Shown here: piece by piece, positions 18,771 to 28,199 of the stretch
Layout of the letters: each line of letters opens with the position of its first letter
Position numbering within the stretch: position 1 is the first letter of the stretch
Source of the DNA: Candidatus Latescibacterota bacterium
Lineage (GTDB): Bacteria; Latescibacterota; UBA2968; UBA8231
Assembly: GCA_964291625.2 (NCBI GenBank)
Contig: OZ220089.1
Coordinates: 4,032,001-4,096,000, forward strand
Length of the DNA: 64,000 nucleotides
Direction: 5' to 3'
Notes under the pieces: generated by a model
What the model was told of the DNA's origin: nothing
Seen by the model: the letters and a program-made list of their open reading frames with translations, nothing else
The model's database searches: none
Program-made: the position numbers and the translations under genes

Positions 18771-18798
18771 CCGCGAGCAGGACCGCCTGACCGCCTGA
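18771..18798 (+). repeat. Displaced copy of the SAF-oxidoreductase 3' end (REQDRLTA*)
   Basis: CCGCGAGCAGGACCGC (18771-18786) matches CCGGGAGCAGGACCGC (17810-17825) at 15/16, then an in-frame TGA. Confidence 0.6.
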
Positions 18799-18802
18799 AA
18801 CC

Positions 18803-20596
18803 TCAGCGGTCGCGTACGACCGCTAGCGGCCGCCGCAGCGAGAGCCCGTCGGCCTCCAGCACCACGTAGTAGATGCCGGAACCGACCGGCTTTCCGGCTT
18901 CGTTCGTGCCATCCCAGGTCCACCGGTGCCGCCGGGCCGCACGGTCGCCCAGGTCGAAGCGTCGCACCTGGCCGCCGTCGGCGGCGTACAGGGTCAGGCG
19001 GGTGGCTGCACTGGGGCGGTTCAGAGCGAAGGGAATCTCCACCTCGCCGTGCAGCCACGGGCGGAAGGGGTTGGGCCAGCCGGCGTCGAGGGCGGCCACC
19101 GGCGGAGGCCCGCCCAACGCCGGGTCGTACTCCACCACCACTTCGTAGTCGTAGCCGATGCCAGTGCGGTCGACGTTGCTGAGGACAAGGACGACCTCGT
19201 CCCAGGCGTCCCATCCGCGAACGGTCACCGGGCCGCCCTCCGGCAGGATCCGCTCCTCCAGGCTGTCGGGCGTGGCCAGGAGGAGGCGGTTGCGCCAGCG
19301 GCCCCCGGGCTGGTCGATGCGCAGGGTGGCGCCCCCCGGGAGCAGCCGCGGATCGAGGAGGACGTAGCGGCTGGCCATGTGGTCGACGGCGCCGCTGTCG
19401 GTCGCCAGCGCTCCGGCGCTCACGGGAAAGGCCGGCTCCTGCCGGGAGGGGTAGCGGTCGCCCTCGGCGAAGAACTCCTCGCGGTGGCGGCCGCCCACGA
19501 ACCAGGACCACACCGCGAAGTCGGAGAAGGCGCGGTCCAGCCCGGCCTCGGGGCCGCTCACCCCGGCCTCGCCGTGGAAGTCGCGCAGGGCGCGGTCGAA
19601 GTTGTCCAGGGTGACGGCGCGGCGCCGGGCGTGCTCCTCCCAGGTGAAGCGGACCGTCTCGCGGCCGTAGCGCTGGTCGAGGAAGAAGGCGAAGATCGAG
19701 GCGCCGTAGGCGTGCAGGTCGACCCGCGGGTCGCCGCCGTCGATGGCGCGCTTGGGGGACTCCAGGAAGATGCACACGTACTGGAGATAGTCGTTCACCC
19801 CGGGGTGGACGACGTCCTCCATCCACGTGGCCGAGGCCTCCTGCCACCAGGCGCCGTCGTAGCCCTGGTAGTAGCCGAACTGCACAACATGGAAGAACTC
19901 GTGGGCCAGGGTGACGCGCAGGGCGTCGAGGCCGCGGGTGCCGCTGTATCCGCGGCAGACGCCGTCGGCGGTGCCGAAGACCGGGTTCTCGAAGTCGTTG
20001 TCGATCTCGAGCCAGCTGGGGCCTCTGTCGCCGCTCGAGCAGGGATAGGTGAGGCCGTAGCGCCGGGAGCGGCCCAGGTCGGTCAGGTAGATGTCGATCT
20101 CGTCCGCGCAATCACCGTCGTCGCGCGGCGGCTCCCGGTAGCCGAGGACCTCGATCTGCACGTGCCAGGCGCTGTCGGCCAGGGTCATCGTCAGGTCGAC
20201 GTAGTCGGGCAGGCCGTTGCCGTCGGCGTCGGCGGGAGGGACGGCGTCGGGGCCCTCCGTGTCGTAGTGGACGCGGAAGTGGCCGGAGGGCGAGACCACG
20301 TCGTGGGCCAGGGACGGCCGCTGCAGGGCGCGGGTCAGCAGGCGGCCGGCGAAGGGATCGGCGCTCTCCAGGGCCTCCACCGCGGCCACCGCCAGGGGGG
20401 TGCCGCAGTAGTGGGGATGGCCGCCGCCGGTGAAGTCGGCGGGCACGGCCTCCGGATCCCGGACTTCGAGCAGCTGGTAGGCGGCCGCGGCCTCGGCGCT
20501 GATCCGGCTCGTCTCAGCTGTCGCGGCGGCGGCCGACCCCAGGCAGGCCGCCATCCACGCGGCGACGAACCGCTTCCTCATCGGTCTCGCGCTCAT
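18803..20596 (-). CDS. Secreted zinc metalloprotease (MXAN_6640-like) with C-terminal FlgD-Ig-like domain
   Basis: Signal peptide, CGTP, HFRVHY, AHEFFHVVQ..WWQEASA; C-terminal PNPF...WDGTNEAGKPVGSGIYY. Confidence 0.8.
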   Translation of the reverse strand: MSARPMRKRFVAAWMAACLGSAAAATAETSRISAEAAAAYQLLEVRDPEAVPADFTGGGHPHYCGTPLAVAAVEALESADPFAGRLLTRALQRPSLAHDVVSPSGHFRVHYDTEGPDAVPPADADGNGLPDYVDLTMTLADSAWHVQIEVLGYREPPRDDGDCADEIDIYLTDLGRSRRYGLTYPCSSGDRGPSWLEIDNDFENPVFGTADGVCRGYSGTRGLDALRVTLAHEFFHVVQFGYYQGYDGAWWQEASATWMEDVVHPGVNDYLQYVCIFLESPKRAIDGGDPRVDLHAYGASIFAFFLDQRYGRETVRFTWEEHARRRAVTLDNFDRALRDFHGEAGVSGPEAGLDRAFSDFAVWSWFVGGRHREEFFAEGDRYPSRQEPAFPVSAGALATDSGAVDHMASRYVLLDPRLLPGGATLRIDQPGGRWRNRLLLATPDSLEERILPEGGPVTVRGWDAWDEVVLVLSNVDRTGIGYDYEVVVEYDPALGGPPPVAALDAGWPNPFRPWLHGEVEIPFALNRPSAATRLTLYAADGGQVRRFDLGDRAARRHRWTWDGTNEAGKPVGSGIYYVVLEADGLSLRRPLAVVRDR

Positions 20597-20604
20597 CCCT
20601 TCGC

Positions 20605-22638
20605 CTATCTCAGCAGGGCGATCTTGCCCCGCTCGATCGAGTCGCCTTCGAAGCTGCGCACCTCGTAGAAGTAGACCCCCGATCCGAGGAGGTTCCCGGC
20701 GGCGTTGACGCCGCTCCAGCGGATCTCGCCCCGCTGGTCGACGCTGCCCGACTCCTCCCGCCCCCGCCACACCAGCACCCCGTGGGGATCGTAGATGTCC
20801 AGGCGCGAGAAGGCGGGGACGAAGAACCGGGAGAAGCCGTCCCGCGAGCGGTGCAGGGGGTTCGGGAAGACGACGATCTCCTCGTGGGGGACCAGGCGCA
20901 CGTGGACGAAGGCGCGGTTGTCGGCGGTCTCCACCTCCTCGGCGATCCGGTCCCCGGGGTCGACCTCGACGAGGAACAGGGCCTCCCCGTAGCGCGGCCA
21001 GGGCACCCGCACCTCGACCGCGGCCCCCGGCGGGACGGGCCCCGGGTGGGAGCCTTCGTAGACCACCTCGCAGCCGCTGGAGTCGCTCCGGCAACGCTGC
21101 AGGCGCAGGCCCACGGGCCCCTCGGCCGGGACCGGCCCGAGGTTGGAGATCCGCGCCAGGAGGCCGCCCGCTCCGTCGCCGGCCAGGTCGCCGCCGAAGA
21201 CGGCGAGGTTGGGCAGCCCCTCCTCGGCGCCGAACTGGGCCAGCGTCGCCAGCGTCAGACGGGTCACGCCCGCCACCAGTTCCCAGTTGATCGAGTCGGG
21301 CAGGTCGGCCACGGTGTGGTAGTGGGTGTTGATCCGGTAGTCGCCGCCGACGACCCCCGCCGAGGTCGAGTCGGTGGGCAGGTAGTTCTCGATGGCGAGG
21401 ATGGCGTCGTACCCCTGGGCCCAGAAGGGGGCGTGGTCGCTGAGGCCGGCGTAGCGGTCCTCGAGGACGTCGACCTGCAGGCCGAGGTCGTAGCGCTGCC
21501 CGGCGGCGGCCATGAGGTCGACGATCCAGGCCGACGACGGGTTGGTGACCAGCTCGATGCGCTCCGCCAGGTCGTTGAAGCCGACCATGTCGAAGTTGAG
21601 CACGCCGAGGACGCGGTCCTTCCGGGCCCCGGCGCGGCGCGCGTAGCTGTCGCTGCCCCACAGGCCCAGCTCCTCGCCGGAGAAGGCGATGAAGCGGATC
21701 GAGAAGGGGAAGCTCCGCTGGCTCAGGATGCGGGCCGTCTCGAGGAGCAGCACCACCCCCGTGCCGTTGTCGTCGGCGCCCGGCGCCGGATGGAGCCGCC
21801 AGTCCCAGGCCACCCGGCCCTCGCCGATGCGGTCCATGTCCGAGAGCCGGGAGAGGGAGCCGATGGCGTCGTAGTGGGCGCAGACGACCCAGTAGCCGGC
21901 CTCCGGGTCGGTGCCGCGCAGCTCGCCGACGACGTTGTACATGAGCGAGTCGCCGGGGACGGCCTGGAAGGTGTCGAGGGTGACGGCCTCCTCCCCCAGG
22001 GCGGCGGCCAGCTCCCGCTGCAGGAAGGTGGTGCTGGCGAGGGTTTCGGGTCGGCGGGCGTGCCGGGTGCGGACGTTGCCGGCCACGGCCCCGGCGGGTG
22101 GGTCGAGGAAGACCAGCCGGTCCAGGTCGGACCGCATGCGGGCCACGTCGACCTGCTCGAGGAGGTCGCGCACCTGTCTCGACGGGGGCCGCTGCGCCGG
22201 GCGCGGCGCGGCCCTCGGCGCCCGGGCCCGCGACGGCGTGGCGTAGCTCTCGGGCAGGGGGTAGAGGAAGTGCTCCACATCGAGGGCCTCGGCCAGCCGC
22301 TGGGAAGGCAGCCGGTGCAGCGCCCACCCGCCCGGGTCGCGGTGGACGGTGGTGATGGGAGGGCCCGCCGGCCCGGCGTGCACGTGATCGGAGAGGTAGT
22401 AGGCCTCCCCCGGGCGGGCTCGATCGGTGAAGAGCACCCTCGCTCCGAGGGCGGCCAGATCCGCGGGAGCGGCGTCGACCAGGGCGATCCCCGGTGCGAC
22501 GTGGCGCAGGGTCGCGGCCCCTGCCAGCCGTCGCAGGTCGCCGAGGGAATCCCACTCGACGCCGGCCAGCGGCGGCCGGGCGAGGGCGGGCGAGGCGAAC
22601 AGCAGCCCGAGGAGGCAGCCCTGGAGGAGCCGGGACAC
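20605..22638 (-). CDS. Secreted M28 family peptidase with CARDB-like and FlgD-Ig-like C-terminal domains
   Basis: CAHYD, PGADDNGTG, SGEELGL, NFDM, SDH, YHT motifs; VDPGDRIAEE..DN; VFPNP...WSGVNAAGNLLGSGVYFY. Confidence 0.85.
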   Translation of the reverse strand: MSRLLQGCLLGLLFASPALARPPLAGVEWDSLGDLRRLAGAATLRHVAPGIALVDAAPADLAALGARVLFTDRARPGEAYYLSDHVHAGPAGPPITTVHRDPGGWALHRLPSQRLAEALDVEHFLYPLPESYATPSRARAPRAAPRPAQRPPSRQVRDLLEQVDVARMRSDLDRLVFLDPPAGAVAGNVRTRHARRPETLASTTFLQRELAAALGEEAVTLDTFQAVPGDSLMYNVVGELRGTDPEAGYWVVCAHYDAIGSLSRLSDMDRIGEGRVAWDWRLHPAPGADDNGTGVVLLLETARILSQRSFPFSIRFIAFSGEELGLWGSDSYARRAGARKDRVLGVLNFDMVGFNDLAERIELVTNPSSAWIVDLMAAAGQRYDLGLQVDVLEDRYAGLSDHAPFWAQGYDAILAIENYLPTDSTSAGVVGGDYRINTHYHTVADLPDSINWELVAGVTRLTLATLAQFGAEEGLPNLAVFGGDLAGDGAGGLLARISNLGPVPAEGPVGLRLQRCRSDSSGCEVVYEGSHPGPVPPGAAVEVRVPWPRYGEALFLVEVDPGDRIAEEVETADNRAFVHVRLVPHEEIVVFPNPLHRSRDGFSRFFVPAFSRLDIYDPHGVLVWRGREESGSVDQRGEIRWSGVNAAGNLLGSGVYFYEVRSFEGDSIERGKIALLR

Positions 22639-22667
22639 GGGCGCCGGGAAGGACGGCAGGCGGGGCC

Positions 22668-24386
22668 TCAGCCGCCCGAGACCGGCGCCGCCGCCGGCTC
22701 CCGGCGCACCATCAGGGCCACGGCCTCGACGGTGAGCCAGATCTGCAGGGCCAGGGCGATGCCGCCGATGACCAGGCTCGGCACGTTGCCGCTGCCGTAG
22801 AGGCTGCCCAGGGTGTGGGCCAGGGCCCAGGCGGTGCACACGAAGATCGCCAGCGACGGCAGCAGGGTGACCAGGTAGTTGCGGGACTGCTGCTTCAGCC
22901 AGTACGTGACGACGATCAGGGCGAGGCCGGCCAGGAGCTGGTTCATGCTGCCGAAGAGGGGCCACAGCAGCAGCGCCCCCTTGCCGCCGGCGCCATTGTA
23001 GAAGGCCAGGGCCGCGGCGCTGACCACGGCCAGCAGGGTCGCCGGGTGGCGCCGCGTCAGGGGCTCGATGCGCAGGTCGGTGGCCAGCTCGCTGATGACG
23101 TAGCGCTGCAGGCGCGTCGCCGTGTCGAGGGTGGTGCCGGCGAAGGAGGCGACGAAGACCCCCATGACGACGATCGCCAGCTCCCGGGGCAGGCCCAGGG
23201 CGGCGATCATGTTGGCCGCGCCCACGACGAAGGCGGCCACCTTGGAGGCCAGGCCGCTGGAGGCCATCCAGCTGCCGTAGTGGGCGGCGAAGGCGGCGGA
23301 GCCGGTGAGCACCGTGCCGTCGGCGGCGGTGTAGGCCAGGGCCAGGCCGGCGCCGCAGGCGATGAGGACGATCGTCGCCAGGAACCCCTCGGTGAGCATC
23401 GAGCCGTAGCCGACGAAGCGCGCGTCCGGCTCGCTGGCCACCTGCTTGGAGGAGGTGCCGCTCGACACGAGGCAGTGGAAGCCGGAGATGGCGCCGCAGG
23501 CGATGGTGATGAAGAGGAAGGGCATCCACGGCGGCGCCCCCTCGGGGGAGAGGTGGAAGGCGGGGGCGACCATCTCCGGAGCGGCGGCGAAGACCCCGAG
23601 CACCAGCAGCCCGAGGGCGATGAAGAGCTGCCAGGCATTGATGTAGTCGCGCGGCTGCAACAGGGTGGTCACCGGCAGGGTGGAGGCGATGTAGGCGTAG
23701 GCGAGGAGCAGCAGGGTCCACACGCCGGTGGCCGGGATCCCGGCGATGGCCGGCATCTGCAGGGGCATGTAGTGGCCGATGACGACGGTGACGTACATGG
23801 CGGCCACGGCCAGCGCCGTGGCGGCGGTGAGGCTGATGCGGCCGCGGAGGAAGGCCCGCCCCAAGGCGATGGCGATGGGGATCTCCATCCACACCGGCAG
23901 GACGGCTTGCGGGTAGAGGTCGAAGAGGACGGCGATGACCAGGCCGAAGATGGCGATGACGATGAGCAGGGCGAGGAAGACGATGATGAAGAACATGATC
24001 TTCAGGTGCCGGTTCATCACCATGCCGGTGATGTCGGCCATGGTGTGCCCTCTGTGGCGCAGGGAGATCACCAGGGCGCCGAGGTCGTGGACGGCGCCCA
24101 TGAAGATCGAGCCGAGGAAGACCCAGAGCAGGGCCGGCACCCAGCCCCAGATGATGCCGATGGCGGGGCCGACGATGGGGCCGGTGCCGGCGATGGAGGT
24201 GAAGTGGTGGCCGAAGATGACCTGCTTGCGGGTGGGGACGAAGTCGACGCCGTCGGTCTGTTCGCGCGAGGGCGTGACGTTGTCGGAGCTGAGGCCGAAG
24301 ACCTTGCGGCTCAGGTAGCGGCCGTAGGTGTGGTAGGCCGCCAGGTAGCCGATGAAGGCGGCCACGGCGATGAGGATGCTGTCCAT
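22668..24386 (-). CDS. cstA: Carbon starvation protein A (peptide/pyruvate transporter)
   Basis: DGVDFVPT, FGHHFTSIAGTGPIVGP, TIACGAISGFH, GYGSMLTEG, LWPLFGSMNQLLA. Confidence 0.93.
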   Translation of the reverse strand: MDSILIAVAAFIGYLAAYHTYGRYLSRKVFGLSSDNVTPSREQTDGVDFVPTRKQVIFGHHFTSIAGTGPIVGPAIGIIWGWVPALLWVFLGSIFMGAVHDLGALVISLRHRGHTMADITGMVMNRHLKIMFFIIVFLALLIVIAIFGLVIAVLFDLYPQAVLPVWMEIPIAIALGRAFLRGRISLTAATALAVAAMYVTVVIGHYMPLQMPAIAGIPATGVWTLLLLAYAYIASTLPVTTLLQPRDYINAWQLFIALGLLVLGVFAAAPEMVAPAFHLSPEGAPPWMPFLFITIACGAISGFHCLVSSGTSSKQVASEPDARFVGYGSMLTEGFLATIVLIACGAGLALAYTAADGTVLTGSAAFAAHYGSWMASSGLASKVAAFVVGAANMIAALGLPRELAIVVMGVFVASFAGTTLDTATRLQRYVISELATDLRIEPLTRRHPATLLAVVSAAALAFYNGAGGKGALLLWPLFGSMNQLLAGLALIVVTYWLKQQSRNYLVTLLPSLAIFVCTAWALAHTLGSLYGSGNVPSLVIGGIALALQIWLTVEAVALMVRREPAAAPVSGG

Positions 24387-24463
24387 GGGGCGTCTCCGGG
24401 AGGCGTTGGTCGTAACAATCGATGCCCGGCCCCGAGGCGGCAAGCCGGTCGGAGGGCGCGTCG

Positions 24464-25318
24464 TCAGGGGCCCGGGGGCGCCCTCCGCGGCGCCGCGGCC
24501 TCGACCTCGATCTCGAACATCCAGGGCCAGAGCTTGCCGGTGACGAAGAGACGGCCCCCGGCGGCGTCGTGGGCGATGCCGTTGAGCACGTCGGCCTGGC
24601 GCCGCTCTCCCGTCGTCAGCAGGCCCGACAGATCGACCCAGGCGGTCACGGCGCCGCTCTCCGGGTCGATGCGGGCGACGCGGTCGGAGTTCAGGATGTT
24701 GGCCCAGATCTCCCCGTCGATCCACTCCAGCTCGTTGAGCCGGCGCACGGGCTCGCCCTCGTGATGGATCTCGAGGCGGCCGATCTCGGCGAAGGTGGCC
24801 GGATCGCGCCAGGAGAGATGGGCGGAGCCGTCGCTCATGATCAGGGCGGCGCCGTCGTGGGTGAGGCCCCAGCCCTCGGTGGCGTAGCCGAAGCCGCCGA
24901 CCTCGGCGAAGTCGTCGAGGGCGTAGACGAATCCGACGCGGGACGTCCAGGTGAGCTGGTAGAGCCGCCCTTCGAGCAGGGCCAGGCCCTCGCCGAAGAA
25001 CCGGGGCTCGAGGGTGTGCTCCCGAAGCACCCGGCCGGTCTCGATCTCCACCCGGCGCAGGCTGGACGGGACCGACGGGCGCGAGGTCAGCTGCACGCCG
25101 CCGCCGGTGCTCTCGTAGAGGTGGCCGCCGTGGTATACCAGCCCCTGGGTGAAGGCCCGCGGGTCGTGGGGGAAGACGTTGACCACGCGGTACCCGTAGG
25201 TGGGCGGGGCTCCCCCGGAGGAGGGGGGTGCCTCCCCCGGTCCGTCGCCGTCGGCCGGGTCGGAGTTGGAGCAGGCGCAGGGCCAGAGGAGGGCGAGCAG
25301 CAGGACGGGCCGGGGCAT
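24464..25318 (-). CDS. Glutaminyl-peptide cyclotransferase (plant/bacterial type), lipoprotein
   Basis: PHDPRAFTQGL, ESTG, FGEG, QLTW, EGWGL, LNELE, LNGIA, TGKLW; lipobox CAC. Confidence 0.92.
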   Translation of the reverse strand: MPRPVLLLALLWPCACSNSDPADGDGPGEAPPSSGGAPPTYGYRVVNVFPHDPRAFTQGLVYHGGHLYESTGGGVQLTSRPSVPSSLRRVEIETGRVLREHTLEPRFFGEGLALLEGRLYQLTWTSRVGFVYALDDFAEVGGFGYATEGWGLTHDGAALIMSDGSAHLSWRDPATFAEIGRLEIHHEGEPVRRLNELEWIDGEIWANILNSDRVARIDPESGAVTAWVDLSGLLTTGERRQADVLNGIAHDAAGGRLFVTGKLWPWMFEIEVEAAAPRRAPPGP

Positions 25319-25530
25319 GGCTGTGAAGGTAGCGCCGCTACGTCCGCTGCTACCAGCGGCCACGGCCGGGGCCGCAGGGCCCACCGCAGGCGGGCGCGTT
25401 GCGTCCCACCCCCAGGGCGCGCCCGCACCCCTTGGAGGAACCGGGGTCGCCTGCGTGACGTCCAAGGGCGAAGGGGGCTTCACGCCCTTCTGGTCCCCTC
25501 ACATCTGTACCCCCCACAAGGGAATGAGCC

Positions 25531-26112
25531 ATGATCTCGACAGGCGCCCTCGCCCTGAGCCTCGTCCTCCTGGGCTCGGCCGGCCCCGGGCATACGCAGG
25601 ACAGTGACTCCGACACCGGCGACGAGACGGCCGTCTCCGTGACCAGCGACGAGACCGGCGCCGAGGAGAAACCGCTGTGGGGGGGAGTCGTCATCGACCC
25701 GGACGACACCGGGACGCTGGGGTCCGACGAGTACGTGCTGGACGCCGCGGCGATCAGGGCCGATACGCTCGCCGTGACCGTGTCGTACAGCGGCGGCTGC
25801 CAGGAGCACCTGTTCGGCGTGGACGCCTCGGGCGCCTTCCTGGAGTCCGATCCGGTGCAGTTGGCGGTCGCGCTGGCCCACGAGGCCAACGACGACGCGT
25901 GCGAGCGCTGGGTCACCGAGGACTACCTCTTCGATCTGACCCCGCTGAGGGAGCGGTACGAGGAGGAGTACCAGCAGGAGTCGGGCGTGATCGTGCTCCT
26001 CCTCGACGGGGCTTCCGGCGAGATCCGCTACGAGTTCCCCGCGACCGGCGCCGCCACCTCGGCGGGCAGTATCTCCTGGGGGCGGGTCAAGAGCGGGTTC
26101 GGCGGCCGCTGA
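25531..26112 (+). CDS. Secreted hypothetical protein with C-terminal SWGRVK motif
   Basis: Signal peptide; YSGGC..H.F...ESDPVQ...DDACE domain; ends ISWGRVKSGFGGR. Confidence 0.7.
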   Translation: MISTGALALSLVLLGSAGPGHTQDSDSDTGDETAVSVTSDETGAEEKPLWGGVVIDPDDTGTLGSDEYVLDAAAIRADTLAVTVSYSGGCQEHLFGVDASGAFLESDPVQLAVALAHEANDDACERWVTEDYLFDLTPLRERYEEEYQQESGVIVLLLDGASGEIRYEFPATGAATSAGSISWGRVKSGFGGR

Positions 26113-26116
26113 CGCG

Positions 26117-26761
26117 TCAGTCCTCGGGGGACGAGACGATCATCCCGAAGGCCGAGGCGAAGAGGAAGAAGTCGGAGAAGCCGACCCGTCCGTCGTTGTC
26201 GAGGTCGTACGCGGACTGGAACCCGTCGTCGCCGCGGCTCGTCCCGAAGGCGGCGGTGAAGGCGTGGAAGTCCTCGAAGTCGACCGCCCCGCTGGCGTCG
26301 AAGTCGCTCCGTCCGGCCTGCCCGTCCTCCGTCTCCTCCAACAGGCGGATGCGGACGAGGGTTTCCTCCTGGGCCACGTACCCGGCCGTCGATTCCCCGG
26401 GGCCGCAGGAGAGCCAGGCTTGCAGCTCCAGGGACTCGCGGCCCTCCGGCCACGGCAGCCGTTCCTCGACGACGATCGACGCTCCGGGGGCGAGGGATTC
26501 CTCCCACATCGCCTGGGCAAAAGCCATCTGCGCCGACCACCTCCAGAGCTCGCGCCCACCGGCGCTCAACGCGAAATCGTACTGCTGCGCGTCGTTGTAG
26601 AAGAACCGCAGGGTGGCGCCGGAGACGTTCTCCACCGTGTAGGTCGCGAGCAGGGAGTCGTCGGCCTTGCGGACCTCCAGGGCCGGCCGCACGCGGTCCT
26701 CCACCCCGCCCCGGGAGATCGCCGGAATCAGCAGCAGTGCGAGCACGACTCGAAGGCCCAT
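26117..26761 (-). CDS. Secreted protein with BsuPI-like proteinase inhibitor domain and dockerin-like EF-hand pair
   Basis: QQYDFAL...ELWRWS...FAQA...LAPG; DFDASGAVDFEDF...YDLDNDGRVGFSDF. Confidence 0.75.
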   Translation of the reverse strand: MGLRVVLALLLIPAISRGGVEDRVRPALEVRKADDSLLATYTVENVSGATLRFFYNDAQQYDFALSAGGRELWRWSAQMAFAQAMWEESLAPGASIVVEERLPWPEGRESLELQAWLSCGPGESTAGYVAQEETLVRIRLLEETEDGQAGRSDFDASGAVDFEDFHAFTAAFGTSRGDDGFQSAYDLDNDGRVGFSDFFLFASAFGMIVSSPED

Positions 26762-26849
26762 CTTCCGAAAGTCGAAGCCCGACCCGGAATCGGCAAGCCG
26801 CCGGAACGGCTTTGAGGGCCAGGCAGAAACCTCTTGTTTACCCGCCCTC

Positions 26850-28199
26850 ATGAGAGCCATCGACTGGAACGCCGCAGGCGCCGAGGTGACCGCCCACCTG
26901 CAGGCCCTGATCCGCATCGACACCACCAACCCCCCGGGAAACGAGACCAAGGCCGCCCGCTACCTGGCCGCCGTCCTCGAGGGGGAGGGGTTCGAGGCGG
27001 AGATCACCGAGTCGGCGCCCGGGCGCGGCAACGTGACCACGCGCTGGGAGGGGGGCGGGGAGCCGCCGCTGCTGCTGCTCGGCCACACCGACGTGGTCGC
27101 CGCCGACGCCGGGGCCTGGACCCATCCCCCCTTCGGCGGCGAGATCGACGGTGGCTTCGTCTGGGGCCGGGGCGCCCTCGACATGAAGAACATGGTCGCC
27201 GCCGAGCTGATGGTGATGCTGCTGCTGAAGCGGCAGGGTCTGCGCCTCGACCGCGACGTGATGTTCGCGGCCACCGCCGACGAGGAGGCCGGCAAGGGCG
27301 GCCACGGCCCCGGCTGGCTCCTGGACAACCACCCGTCCGGGATCGAGGCGCCGGTGATCCTCACCGAGGGCGGCGGCCACGAGGTGCGCCTCGACGGGCG
27401 CCGGTTCACCACCTGCCAGGTGGGCCAGAAGGGGATCTGCCGCCTGCGGGCCACGGCCCGGGGCCGGCCGGGGCACGGCTCGGTGCCCCACGGCGACAAC
27501 GCCGTCCTCAAACTGGCCGCCGCCCTGGCGCCCTTGAAGGACCGCCCCCTGCCCGTCCACCCCTCGGCCACCCTGCGCACCTTCTTCGAGGCGGTCTCCG
27601 AGGGCCGGCCGGAGCTGCGGGCCGGCCTGCTCGCCCTGTTCGACGGGGAGACCAGCGAGGCGGCCCTGACGCGGCTGCCCCTCGACGACGCCGAGCGCGC
27701 CGGCTGGAGCGCCCTGCTGCGCAACACCGCCTCGGTGACCATGCTCTCCGCCGGCTCGGGGATCAACATCATCCCCGCCGAGGCGACCGCCTGGATCGAC
27801 GGCCGCCTGGCGCCGGGCCAGACGCAGGAGAGCTTCCTCGCCGAGCTGCGGTCCGTGGCCGGCGGTGGCCTGGAGTTCGAGGTCGACCAGTACAGCCCGC
27901 CCTTGGAGGCGGAGGCGGCCGGGGAGTTCTGGGACGTCATCGCGTCGGTCATGGCCCGGCACGAGCCCGAGGCGCCGCTGGTCCCCGTCCTGTCCACGGG
28001 CGGCACCGACGCCAAGCACATCGTGCCGCGCCGGCCGGGGACCCAGGTCTACGGGTTCATGCCCTACCGCCGCCAGGCCGGCTCCGGCGAGCTGGGCCTG
28101 ATCCACGGCCACGACGAGCGCACCTCGATCGAGGAGCTGCTCTTCGCCACCCGCGTCATCTACGAAATCGTCTGCGCATACGGAGGAGTCCGGACATGA
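26850..28199 (+). CDS. M20/M25/M40 family metallo-hydrolase
   Basis: IDTTNPPGNE, GHTDVV, GRGALDMK, DEE, GHGS, GGTD, IHGHDER. Confidence 0.9.
   Translation: MRAIDWNAAGAEVTAHLQALIRIDTTNPPGNETKAARYLAAVLEGEGFEAEITESAPGRGNVTTRWEGGGEPPLLLLGHTDVVAADAGAWTHPPFGGEIDGGFVWGRGALDMKNMVAAELMVMLLLKRQGLRLDRDVMFAATADEEAGKGGHGPGWLLDNHPSGIEAPVILTEGGGHEVRLDGRRFTTCQVGQKGICRLRATARGRPGHGSVPHGDNAVLKLAAALAPLKDRPLPVHPSATLRTFFEAVSEGRPELRAGLLALFDGETSEAALTRLPLDDAERAGWSALLRNTASVTMLSAGSGINIIPAEATAWIDGRLAPGQTQESFLAELRSVAGGGLEFEVDQYSPPLEAEAAGEFWDVIASVMARHEPEAPLVPVLSTGGTDAKHIVPRRPGTQVYGFMPYRRQAGSGELGLIHGHDERTSIEELLFATRVIYEIVCAYGGVRT

Noticed and set aside
15300-23892. Apparent giant ORFs of 847, 1250 and 1095 aa
   Set aside because: Their N-terminal extensions are Arg/Pro-rich off-frame readings of upstream genes; real starts are about 16485, 20596 and 22638.
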